This document shows, in pieces, positions 53,401 to 64,000 of a stretch of DNA of 64,000 nucleotides. The position numbers were made by a program, and so were the translations under genes. The notes beneath the pieces are model-generated. The model made no database searches, was not told the DNA's origin, and saw only the letters and a list, made by a program, of their open reading frames with translations. Position 1 is the first letter of the stretch; each line of letters begins with the position of its first letter. The DNA is from Octopus sinensis. Its lineage: Eukaryota. The stretch covers positions 47,120,001-47,184,000 of the forward strand of contig NC_042997.1 of NCBI RefSeq assembly GCF_006345805.1. The letters are read 5' to 3'.

Positions 53401-53646
53401 TTTTTTTTTTTTTGCAAACAGTAGGCTTTGTCCGTAAATTAACAACTGTTATTATGTTAATCTTGTGATTGCAGCATTGTATTGCCCATCCCGACGGGAA
53501 TCACAGTGAGCTGTGTTATGTTCAAAGGAGTTTCATTCGTCATCACTACTGTTTTTATTCAGTCAAAGTGAATCCATATTTACTTTATTCAAAACTAACT
53601 ATAAAACTAAACTCCGTGCGGACTTTTCAGCTAACTCCTGAGGAGG

Positions 53647-55052
53647 ACTAATAGCAATACAGCATTTATTGGTGCCCTGCCATCTCAGATTTATATTATA
53701 GAGTTTCTCATTTGTAAAATGTTGTACCACTGTGACATATGGAGTTCACTGTAAAGCAGCAGAATAAACCACATTCTTAGTTTAACCATTTGGTGTGAAT
53801 ATGAAGAGATTGTTGTCATTTCCAACTCTGGAACAATCAGCACAGAGCTGACCATGAGAAAAATACTGCTGCATGAAGTGAAGTCCAACCTTTTTCTGAG
53901 ATTATCCTTGAGACTTGTTAATTGACATTGCAAAACTAACTCTTACTGGAAATTGAAATCACTCGAATTCAAAGGGTGTGTCTGTTGGAATCAGCGGATT
54001 TCTTGGAATGAATACATTTCCTCTAGTTCCTTGTCCAGTGAGGATTGTTGCTTCCAAAAGATGTAGATGCATTTGCCTGACAACCAGTCTTCTACCATTG
54101 CATAGCTTTGGAGGATCCAGACTTCTCAAAGGCATGATTAGAAATCCTTTCTTCAATGCCAGTTTGTAAGAACGCATTCCAGGATGATCCAAAGAGTTAA
54201 GAATATCAGTAGGATAATTCAAAGCCTCAATGGGGTCCATAGCTATATCAATTGAGAAATGTTTTTCCTCAGTATTGATTCATTGCATAAGTTCCTAACT
54301 GACAACCTGGACAGCTTCATTCTTTGGTGCAAGTAAGGCTCTTTCACATGATCTTGAATATTATGTCCAATGATTGGGGAACTCTGGTAGTCAACACTTC
54401 TACAGTTTTGACCTAAATGCTACAGCCATTTGAAAAAGTGATGTCTCCATTATTATCTTGCTGAATGCTTTTATTTCCCAGACCCAGTAGCGGAACTTCA
54501 AATCTTCCAGCATCCATATCTTTGAATAAAATGACTCCACCGAAAGTCCGATGAGGCTGAAAGTTCGATCTGACCGAGAGTCCGATTTAGGAGGAAATCT
54601 GATTTGGGCCGAAAGTCCAGTTTGGGCTGAAAGTTTGAGTTCTTCGATATTTCTTTCCGAACGCTTCAATTCACAAATTCCGCCGAACTTCGAAACCTCA
54701 CGAACACAAAACCCCGCACTCTAAATTGGATCTAGTTTTAAATGAACTCAATGGAAAATATTTTTTCAGTTCACAAAGTAGTATTACTTTCGATTCAGTC
54801 TAATATATTCACAAATTGTTGGAGTTCATTTAAAATTTGAATTTTCAACTGTGAGTTTATAACACGTCATCTAGACCTGATCTTAATGCTACTTGTTCAA
54901 GAACCAAATGAAGGGCAGTTTTCCAATCCCGGGATTATCCCAATTCCGAGATATATAATAATGTCTATGTAGAGAAAATGTTGACTGAGATACAGGGATC
55001 CCAGACGGACGGACGGATAGACATAATTTCGCGTATATTATAATATATATAG
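53647..55052 (-). mobile_element. Internally deleted Helitron with PIF1-like helicase remnant
   Basis: Helicase motifs at 53815-54350: RALLAPKN, NSLDHPG..LALKKG..LRSLDPPKLCNG, FIPR, FQFPVRVSFAMSINKSQG, FSHGQL..SRV; 5'-end-like CTATATATATTATAATA..(GTCC)n at 55052-55000. Helicase call is firm, termini are tentative. Confidence 0.75.
54540..54638. repeat. Degenerate 17-18-bp tandem array, about 6 units
   Basis: CCGAAAGTCCGATGAGG / CTGAAAGTTCGATCTGA / CCGAGAGTCCGATTTAGG / AGGAAATCTGATTTGGG / CCGAAAGTCCAGTTTGGG / CTGAAAGTTTGA. Confidence 0.75.
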
Positions 55053-55575
55053 CCTGAAGCTCGTTTTAAATGGTAAATTCTATATCTCGAGTAAGATTGA
55101 TTTGGCTGCTTTTTCTAACAGGTTAAACAAAGACACAGTGACTGTTGGTTCAGCGTTTATATATTCGTTGTCATGACTACTGTTTGTTTCTTGTCTTCAT
55201 TTACTTTGTAATTCTGAAGAAAAATTTGCAAGACATCCTGCATGCAATGTCATAAAAACTTTTGAACAGAAGCGGAAGAAACAACTAGGATAAACTGAAT
55301 ACTCATAACGCATATGTAAGATGATGGTGGTGGTGGTGGCGGTGGGGCTGATAATGATGATGACTATGATGATGATGATGATGATGGGCTGAACTCGATA
55401 ATTTATTGTATTGATTTCAACATTTTTTATAGTATAATAGCTTGTAAAATTGCACGTATAAGCCTTTGTTACATTTGCATACATGACTATAATTTCTTCA
55501 CTTATGAATTTTATTTTAAAATACACACATAAACACACATACACGCATACACACACGCATGCACATACAAGCGAG

Positions 55576-55608
<33 letters not shown>

Positions 55609-55889
55609 GTGCACGGAAAATAATTTATTTTTTATCTCTTTATTTTTTTTAATACAGGAGATTAATAGATGCATTAAAATAGCAGAAAGTAGAACGAAAA
55701 AACATCTATTCAATGAGAAATGATATTTATGATGATGATGGTGATGTTGATAGCAATGATGGTGAAAGATGATGATGAATGCTGATCAAAAATGACGACG
55801 ACGACGACGACGATGATGATGATGATGATGATGAGGAGGAGGAGGAGGAGGAGGAGGAATGAGAGGGTTGTGATGATGATGATGATGAT

Positions 55890-57470
55890 TGCGAAGTTTA
55901 TATTGAGCAGACTGTAATTGACAATGTAAGGGACGTGATGATGTATTAATTGTATACGTTTACCTTTTATCTCAATATTTCAGGCTTAGTATCCTCCAGC
56001 AAATTACCATTGTTTCTTGACTATTCTGTTCTATAGTGCATGTGTGTGAAGAATTGTTTTGCATTGTTACGCTAGCCAATCAGCAGCGTTCATTTCAACT
56101 CTGATCTGCGAGTTGTACTTGTTAATAGCTTTTATTAATCACACCTTCTCAACGATTCTTTCTGTAGCTTCAACGGAAACCTTGGTGTATTAGGTGCTTT
56201 TTGACGAAAGAACATTAGCATTGAGGTATTCCTTAAACCATAAGTGTATATGTCTGGTGGTACTTCGGTAGAATTTTCTATGTAGAATTTTCTACATTTA
56301 CACAGGAGTGACAGCTATTGAGTGCTCTGAGTTATAACCGGTCATGTATATGATGATGATCTTACTAATTCGACCGCATCGGCAGTCCAGAGATTTATTT
56401 CTAAATGGGCCCCACATACTGGAAGATATTGTTGTCCCCTATAGTATTCAATAGTTCATGGATATCTAGAGCTGTTGTCATAAAGCAGTTAAGATAATAA
56501 AAGGCAATGTGTTCAGCTGATAAGCTGATAGTTGCGATTGCAGGGTGAAAGAGAATAGCGAAACACCGTCTTAGCTAAAAGTGAAGCTAATTTTTTCTAA
56601 GTAAGGATGGTTTGTAACTATTCATCTTGCTCATCATGACTAAGGAAGAGATTTCAACATGTTCTGGGAAGGTTTAAAATAGCAGTTTGAGAATTTTAGA
56701 CAATGGACTTTGTGGAAGTCTCTTTTAATAATGGAAAAATAGGACTGATTTAAAAGTTTAGTCCTGCCTTTTATGTGTTTTTTTTGTTGTTTTTTTCGAA
56801 GCGGTGATAGAAGGTGGAGAATGTACGGTTCTTAGCGAAGAAGTTGCTCTTAATTTTGTTCGAGAGTCTTCACTGTTCTAATAGATATTCGTCCTGAAGG
56901 AGTTTATCGTTGTTTCGAGCTTGCTCGATGTGATGTTACTGACTTTTTCATATTATATAGTGTTGTTTACGTAATCGAATGCCAGCTCGTCGTATATATT
57001 CTAATCTATAAAACAGAATTATCTTCATGTTTTCTAAAGAGAAGTACGTAAAGTTTTTTGAACATAGGTTTTGTAAGGAGAGAAAGTAAGATCTGGAGAG
57101 ATTAAAAGCAAGAAGCGTAATGTTTTTATAAGATTAAATAAAATGTTTCTATCTCATTAGATTAATAATAGTTTCCTGGTTAGTAGGAGAGTGAAGTGAG
57201 TTTTCTGGGTGGTGGGTGGGGTTGTCTGAATGGTTGGTGAGGTTGTCTGGGAGGTGGTAGGGAGTCTAGTGGTGGCCATAGTAGAGTTGGAGCTAGAGAT
57301 AGTGTTATTGGAGGATGGGGAGTTAGGGTTTACACACACACACTTCATAAAGAAGAATAGGGAATAATACATATTCAGTATTTGTTTATTACAAATTCCA
57401 AACTGACGAGCGTTTCTACTGGATAAGTGTTTTAATGTCCTTTGATGCAGTATTTCTCTGCATTTAGTTG
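55890..57470 (-). mobile_element. Degenerate, internally deleted Penelope-like element
   Basis: Minus strand AGLNF (~56765), CRKFYI..TTRHIHLWFKEYLN (GIY-YIG-like, ~56230-56300), partial hammerhead GAAA-CGCTCG-TC-AGTTT at ~57400-57416. Confidence 0.4.
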
Positions 57471-57483
57471 GTTCAGTTGCAGC

Positions 57484-57620
57484 ACATATTCATCCAATAG
57501 AGACGTTAATATGCATCTTTGTTCAAGGTTTTACCCATGCGGGTAGGTAAACTGAATTCACCCACGTGGGTATAACCTTGACCAAAACTGCATAGCAATA
57601 TCTACGTTGGGTGAATATGT
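57484..57620. repeat. Imperfect fold-back inverted repeat
   Basis: Arms 57484-57546 and 57558-57620 (ACATATTCA..TCAAGGTT.TACCCA..GGGT). Confidence 0.8.
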
Positions 57621-57659
57621 ATAATTCTCCATTCTTATTTATGATGTTTTGATTATATA

Positions 57660-58510
57660 CTCTATATGCTGTAGTGTGGAAGTGTCACGTTGGGAGTTGG
57701 GTCGAAGGTTTAGGAAGTGCTTGAGTGCAAGAAGTTCTTTGTTGTGTGGAATCACCGTATATAGACTCTTGATATGAAGAATGAAGAGCAGTTTAGAGGG
57801 ACCAGAAAGGAAGAAAGAGTTGGAGAGACGGAGAACATAGTTACTGTCGTGGATGTGGGAGGGGTGGAAAACCACTGGGGTGGGGGCAAGGACACGGGTG
57901 AGGTATCTTGCGATCATTTCCGTGGGGCAGTTACAGGTGGAGAGGATGGGGCAGCCAGGGTTGTTGGGATCGTGGATTTTGGGAAGGAAGTCAATGGTAG
58001 AGGTGCGTGGAATGCGAACAATAAGGTTGGAGGCGGTGGGAGGGAGACGGAAGTGGGTGATGAGATCATGGATAGTGGAGAACACAGTCTGTTGGTAGTT
58101 AGGTGTAGGGTTGGAGGGCAGAGTGCAATAGAAGGAGGTGTCTTGAAGTTGGCGGAGAACTTCAACATTGCAGAGATCTGCGCGTCACACCACCACGGCT
58201 CCACCTTTGTCAGCCGGCTTTATGATGATATCTTTGTGGGGACATCGAAAGGCCGAGAGTTCGGTCGGGGAGATGTTAAAATGTCGGGGACGCCTACGAA
58301 AGTTAAACCGGTCCACAACAGGTTGAAAGATGCTTGCAAAATGATCGACTGCTTGGAACTAGCCAGTAGCTGGCGTCCACATTGGATGGTCGGCGACCCA
58401 GGTCGGTGAGGCAGTTCTCTTCATTAGATGCAGGTAGAGTGTTGTGGAATAGTGCATATAGCCTGACGCGGCGCACAAAGCTTTGAATATAAGCAAAGGT
58501 CTGAAATTTG
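57660..58510 (-). mobile_element. Penelope-like reverse transcriptase N-terminal fragment
   Basis: FVRRVRL..F, DIIIKPADKGGAVVV, FLPKIH..NNPGCPI, IKSLYTVIPH (ORF 57639-58085 and upstream frames). Confidence 0.88.
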
Positions 58511-58757
58511 TTACTAGATAGAACTAATATCAGCATGGGTCTTTCTCACTTTCTCACTTTCCCGAGCGTCAAACTAATACACCTGCTTGTTGTTCATACA
58601 CCTGTCTGCATCTTTTGTTTTCTTGTAAATTTCAACTATATAAATATATATATATATATACATATATATATTAGGAATAATGTAAAGAAAAAATCTGAGA
58701 TGGATAAGGTATTAGTTCCCTGCTAAGAATACATGAAATGAATATTGAGTGTCTTCA

Positions 58758-58940
58758 CCCCTTACCCAACAATTATTTTGAAAATAAATGTATTTTTTCA
58801 GACATATTTTTTAATTGTTTTATTTTACTATGTTTTGCTGTCGTTTTTGGCGAGTCTATCTTTTGACGAGTTAACTCGCCAGAGATAGAAAAAAACGATT
58901 TCGGTCAAAACGCATATATTCGTTTCTGCCGGGTAAGGGG
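58758..58940. mobile_element. piggyBac-type MITE
   Basis: TIR CCCCTTACCC / GGGTAAGGGG; TTAA on the right (58941-58944), TTCA on the left. Confidence 0.65.
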
Positions 58941-60077
58941 TTAACGTTTCTGACGTGAGATATGCGCCACAAAAATGGAGAAGCAAAGGAAGAGTCGTTG
59001 AAAGAGAAAGAAGTAAACGCACGAAAAATGAAAATAAAACATCATACCAAATATTTCTTAGTTAAACAATAATTTCAGTGCAGTTATTTATCCAACGCCA
59101 AGTCTAATCCTCCCTTATTTATGCCATATATACTCGTCGTATCTTACGTACTCGCCTTTGAATCTGAATTTATCCCTCTTGTTTTTGACTGGCCGCACAT
59201 CTGGTTTTATACAAAAACATTTCGTTTTACATATGTAAGCCGCTGTAACTTATTGATTAACTTGGTATTTCTGCATTATCTACTTTACTATCAGAATGTT
59301 TCATTTTGTTTTTGCTTTCTTTTTACCAGTATTATCAGCTTATTAGTTTTTTATCACTTTTCTATTCCTTTGATCCTCTACCATACTTCTTGAATCCTTT
59401 CATGATTCCGAACCACTTCAGCATTATCTTCCGTTTAAATCTATTTTTCACGAGAAAATTCTTTCTGGACTTTCTTATTTTACAAACACTATTGGTTTTT
59501 TTCCCCTTCTATATACAATCAAACAGAATAATATGACATCTTATAGTATTTTAGTCATTTTAAATTGTCAAGTGGTTAAGCTGTTGAGCTCAGAATCATA
59601 CGTACATGAAGTCAATTTCTGAACCGGGGGCGTTTCATTTCGCGTTGCTCCAATCTTCTTAACTCTAATTAGTACCAGCCTAGTGCTGGTGTAGTACTTA
59701 CTGCCTCCCGTTGTTATCCGCGATGTTCAGCAGGTTCAAGGTGTAAAACGTATTAGAGTTATAAGAGATCGTGTTTTCTTCCAACTCACAAATTTCGCCC
59801 ATCTTCAACTCTGCTCTACACGATCACTCAAATAGCAGAAAGTATAATATACTACCCTCCTTAAGGAAATCAAACTGGATATTATAGTTTTAGATAGATT
59901 ATACTCGAACACAGTATGGTTGCAGAAGGAAAGACTTTAGTGTTACGTCTAGCGTACAGCAACGGAATAACTTTAGCCTCAGTACGTGACGGCGTTGTGT
60001 TATGTTTCAAAGTATTCTTGGATAAAGTTTAATTCTTGCTAGCTGACTTATTTTTGTGTCAGTGACTTAATCGATTA

Positions 60078-60289
60078 TACGAGGGGCTGCTGAAAAGGTC
60101 CTAGCTTTGAGTAAAAGAAAATAGAGGAGAATCAGTTAATTATGATTTTATCCAACATATTACCCTGAGATTCACACAATTATTGCTTCAATTTTCTTAG
60201 ATCTGTAAAAACAACTCGAAAAGCTGGGCCCCCCAAAGATGCCTTTCGCCATACTCGTAAAGCCAGGAAATTTTTAGCACCCCTTCATA
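60078..60289. mobile_element. Mariner-type MITE
   Basis: TA-CGAGGGGCTGCTGAAAAGGTCCTAGCTTT versus AAAGCCAGGAAATTTTTAGCACCCCTTCA-TA; about 210 bp, non-coding. Confidence 0.7.
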
Positions 60290-61064
60290 AGGTTCATATG
60301 GTCGGCAGACTAGGAGCACAAATGTGAAATCTGGAAGAGTCAATCACTTAACCATTTGAGTGAAGAAGGTCTCCATTTTACACGATTAACGCGTTGCACT
60401 ACTTTTAAAAATTGTTATGGTAGTCAAGTACTTTATTGGAACTCAAAAGCCAGATCGGAGCTTTTTATTGAGCTACTGTAATAAAGTCAGCATTTGTTGA
60501 GAAAGGTTTTATAACATTGATTTGTGATTGCGTAGAAGATGCGGTTTTATTGGTATAAATAAACTGAATATCCTGAGTATATAACGTCCCTATATCAATT
60601 AGGAATATTAGGATTGTGCCTAAATGTGTGAAGTCAAATATATTTTATTACGATATTTTACAGATTAATTTCTTACTTTCACCGTTTCTGCTCTCATATT
60701 CATTGTCTTTCACTTTCTGATTTCATTGTCCAAGTAATTTGAAACGGATTTCAACTCTAATTTTTCTTTTCAGGGCAGGTGTTGGCTGACACAGATTCAA
60801 TTATCCATTAAAGGCTTAGTCTCTCTCTCTCTCATTCTTTTTTCTTTTTTTCTTTTTTCTTTATTCCTTTCTTTCTTTCTTACTTTCTATCCTTCTTTCT
60901 TTCTTTCATTTTTCTTTTCGTAATACGCTTGTTGATAATCTTGACAGTGTAGTAGCGCAGAGCATTGATGAACGCAGTGTTTGGTGCATCTTTAAACGTT
61001 GTGATCATCATCATCATCATCAATCATCATCATCATCATTATTATTATTATTATTATTATTTAA

Positions 61065-61481
61065 TCTTTTACTCTTTTACTTGTTTCAGTCATTTGACTG
61101 CGGCCATGCTGGAGCACCGCCTTTAGTCGAGCAAATCGACCCCGGGACTTATTATTTGTAAGCCCAGTACTTATTCTATCGGTCTCTTTTGCCGAACCGC
61201 TAAGTGACGGGGACGTAAACACACCAGCATCGGTTGTCAAGCAATGCTAGGGGGACAAACACAGACACACAAACACACACACATATATATATATATATAC
61301 ATATATATACATATATACAACAGGCTTCTTTCAGTTTCCGTCTACCAAATCCACTCACAAGGCATTGGTCGGCCCGGGGCTATAGCAGAAGACACTTGCC
61401 CAAGATGCCACGCAGTGGGACTGAACCCGGAACCATGTGGTTAGTTAGCAAGCTACTTACCACACAGCCACTCCTGCGCCT
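61065..61481 (-). mobile_element. SINE family C (OK-like), full length
   Basis: A-box TGGCTGTGTGG, B-box GGTTCAGTCCC, CTTGGGCAAGTGTCTTC core, internal (TA)/(TG) tract, AGTAAAAG repeat tail; sits in (TTA)n. Confidence 0.93.
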
Positions 61482-61723
<242 letters not shown>

Positions 61724-62059
61724 TCCAAAGTGAAGAAATAATAAGCGCGAGAGAAATATTGTTGATTTATCTCCCTTCTTCATTATAGATTTTGTTTTTT
61801 GCCGTTTATCATTTTCTCTTTTCGTCATTATCAGTGCAATTATGTAATTTTTTTTCTTTTGAGATTTATCTTCTACAGTTAACACCAAATATTTCTATCG
61901 TAAATCTCTAACATTTAATAATAGATTTTATACTCCTTGAATTTCATTCTGCCCAATCATGCAGGACACTCACTCTAGCGAACATCGTGTTCGGGATTAA
62001 TTGATCAATTTTATATATATACTTATTTAATATATATACATATTCATATATATACTGAT

Positions 62060-62371
62060 TTAATCGACCCCGAAAGGATGAAAGCAAATTCGACCTCCGG
62101 GGGGAATTTGAACTCAGAACGTAACGGCAGACGAAATACCTATTTCTTTATTACCCACAAGGGGCTAAATACAGAGGGGACAAACAAGGACAGACATAGG
62201 TATTAAGTCGATTACATCGACCCCAGTGCGTAACTGGTACTTAATTTATCGACCCCGAAAGGATGAAAGGCAAAGTCGACCTCGGCGGAATTTGAACTCA
62301 CAACGTAACGCAGACGAAATACCGCTCGGCATTTCGCCCGGCGTGCTAACAGTTCTGCCAGCTCACCGCCT
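62060..62371 (-). mobile_element. SINE family A with tRNA-like head and a tandemly restarted body
   Basis: Head AGGCGGTGAGCTGGCAGAA, B-box GAGTTCAAATTCC; ACGAAATACC recurs at 62131 and 62314 (183-bp period). Confidence 0.9.
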
Positions 62372-62374
62372 TCA

Positions 62375-62375
<1 letters not shown>

Positions 62376-62406
<31 letters not shown>

Positions 62407-62414
62407 CATCCATA

Positions 62415-62506
<92 letters not shown>

Positions 62507-62511
62507 CATCC

Positions 62512-62570
<59 letters not shown>

Positions 62571-62590
62571 CATCCATCTATCTATCTATT

Positions 62591-62623
<33 letters not shown>

Positions 62624-62646
62624 ACTATCTATCTATCTATCTATCT

Positions 62647-62682
<36 letters not shown>

Positions 62683-62683
62683 G
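62376..62683. repeat. (TCTA)n then (TG)n microsatellite
   Basis: Direct read. Confidence 0.97.
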
Positions 62684-62913
62684 CTAATGATTGTACAGAA
62701 TCACAGAGCCATTGCATAGTTAAGCGAAAACGACTCCTCATTTTTAAGCTTAATCATTAGTATATCTAGGTGATGGTGTATAATTTAATGCTATCTATTT
62801 ACATTGTTGAATGATGCCGGGACCGATTTATCATTTGTCCCCTTCTGGAAGTGATTAAAATTCATAATTATAGTGATGGGTGAATAAAATATAATTCAAT
62901 ATCATCCAAATTC

Positions 62914-63112
62914 AGGCAGTAAGCTGGCAGAATCGTAAGTACGCCAGGCAAAATGCGTAGCGGTATTTCGAGTTCAAATTCTGCGCAGGTTGAATTTACC
63001 TTTCATCATTGCATGATCAATAAAATAAGTAACAGTTGTGACTGGGGGGTCGATTTAATCGACTTACACACATCCCCAAAGTTACCGGCTTTGAGCCAAA
63101 ATTTGAAACCAA
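62914..63112 (+). mobile_element. SINE family A
   Basis: AGGCAGTAAGCTGGCAGAATCG head, GAGTTCAAATTC, GGGGTCGATTTAATCGACTT, CCAAAATTTGAAACCAA tail. Confidence 0.8.
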
Positions 63113-63210
63113 TACGATCTAAATGCTTTGAAAAAGAAAATGACTGAAGTGTCATTCATCCTTCTGTAAAAAAAAAAAATTCAATGCAACGCTTCCAGCT
63201 TGATAATTTA

Positions 63211-63410
63211 AAGCAGCAAACTGGCAGAAACACTATCACGGGGGTCAAACTACTTAGCGGCATTTCGTCCGACTTTACGTTCTGAGTTCAAATTCTGTCA
63301 AGGTTGACTTTGCCTTTCAACATTTCGCGGTCGGTTGAACAGTGGGGTTGATGTAATCGATTTGATTCCTTCCCCGAAAACACTGGCCTTGTGCAAAAAT
63401 TTGAAATCAG
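63211..63410 (+). mobile_element. SINE family A
   Basis: CTGGCAGAAA head, TTTACGTTCTGAGTTCAAATTC, GGCCTTGTGCAAAAATTTGAAA tail. Confidence 0.8.
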
Positions 63411-63627
63411 TATAGGGGTACAATTTTGAGTTGATATAAGTTTCTATTTCCTCGATGTGTATTATTTCATCAGTATGCACACGTTACTACTTTAATAAAA
63501 CGCTTAAGTTTTGAAACAGCTCTAAAGTATTATTAAATGCTATAGTTATCTTCGTCAAATATATTTACATTTATATTTATAGTCACGCTTACATAACAAC
63601 AGTTACAAAACATAAAACTATGACCGC

Positions 63628-63925
63628 CCGAAATAATAATAACATCTGTATTTTAGGGAAATATGCATATTCCTCCTAAAAGTAGAAGAAAAATTCGAAT
63701 TGTTGAACGCATTGGTTTGGTTAATTTGAGTCAGGGGTCCTCAACAATGAGCTATGGACGCATTTGATTGATATTTTGTTCTGATGGATCCGAAATAATA
63801 TTGCCAATGGACAATAAGATCAGTATTGCAAGGAAACGAACGTATTCCTCATAAAAGTAGACGAAAAAGACGGATTGTTCAACTGCACTGGTTTGTTTAA
63901 TTTAAGCCAGGGGTCCTCAACCATT
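63628..63925. repeat. Imperfect direct repeat, each copy ending in a hAT-like terminus CAGGGGTCCTCAAC
   Basis: TATTCCTC.TAAAAGTAGA.GAAAAA..TGGTTTG.TTAATTT.AG.CAGGGGTCCTCAAC occurs at ~63668-63745 and ~63843-63921. Confidence 0.75.
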
Positions 63926-64000
63926 CAATTTGAGGTTGCATGCAGGTTTAAGAGAGTTGTTTAAAAGCTAACGAGAAATATATTAAACTTCTTTTGACCG

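Noticed and set aside
54540-54638. CRISPR-like array, or a hammerhead at CCGATGAGGCTGAAAG
   Set aside because: The units are contiguous without unique spacers, the DNA is eukaryotic with no cas genes, and no GAAA box or stems I/III follow a closed stem II.

Overview
AT-rich, microsatellite-dense animal DNA. The three tRNA-derived SINE families and the repeat landscape look like an octopus or other coleoid cephalopod genome (recognition from memory, not a database result). I find no intact host protein-coding gene, so the window reads as intergenic or deep intronic. Nearly all long ORFs are microsatellite translations or transposon remnants. The remnants include two CR1-type LINE 3' fragments (one young, GC-rich, with a target-site duplication), restriction-like-endonuclease (RLE; R4/Dong-type), RTE and L1/Tx1 LINEs, several Penelope-like element (PLE) pieces, a full-length Tc1-like element with DD36E spacing, mariner and piggyBac derivatives, Helitron remnants and a probable solo LTR. 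The main observations are: (1) a hidden, frameshifted, intronless class A GPCR pseudogene (TM1-TM5, minus strand, about 52.0-53.1 kb) split by a young SINE; (2) PLE-associated minimal hammerhead ribozymes and fold-back repeats, including copies with a CCGA rather than CUGA core; (3) the DD36E (Incomer-like) transposon; (4) the young CR1 copy as a horizontal-transfer candidate. All boundaries were read by eye and are approximate for degenerate elements.
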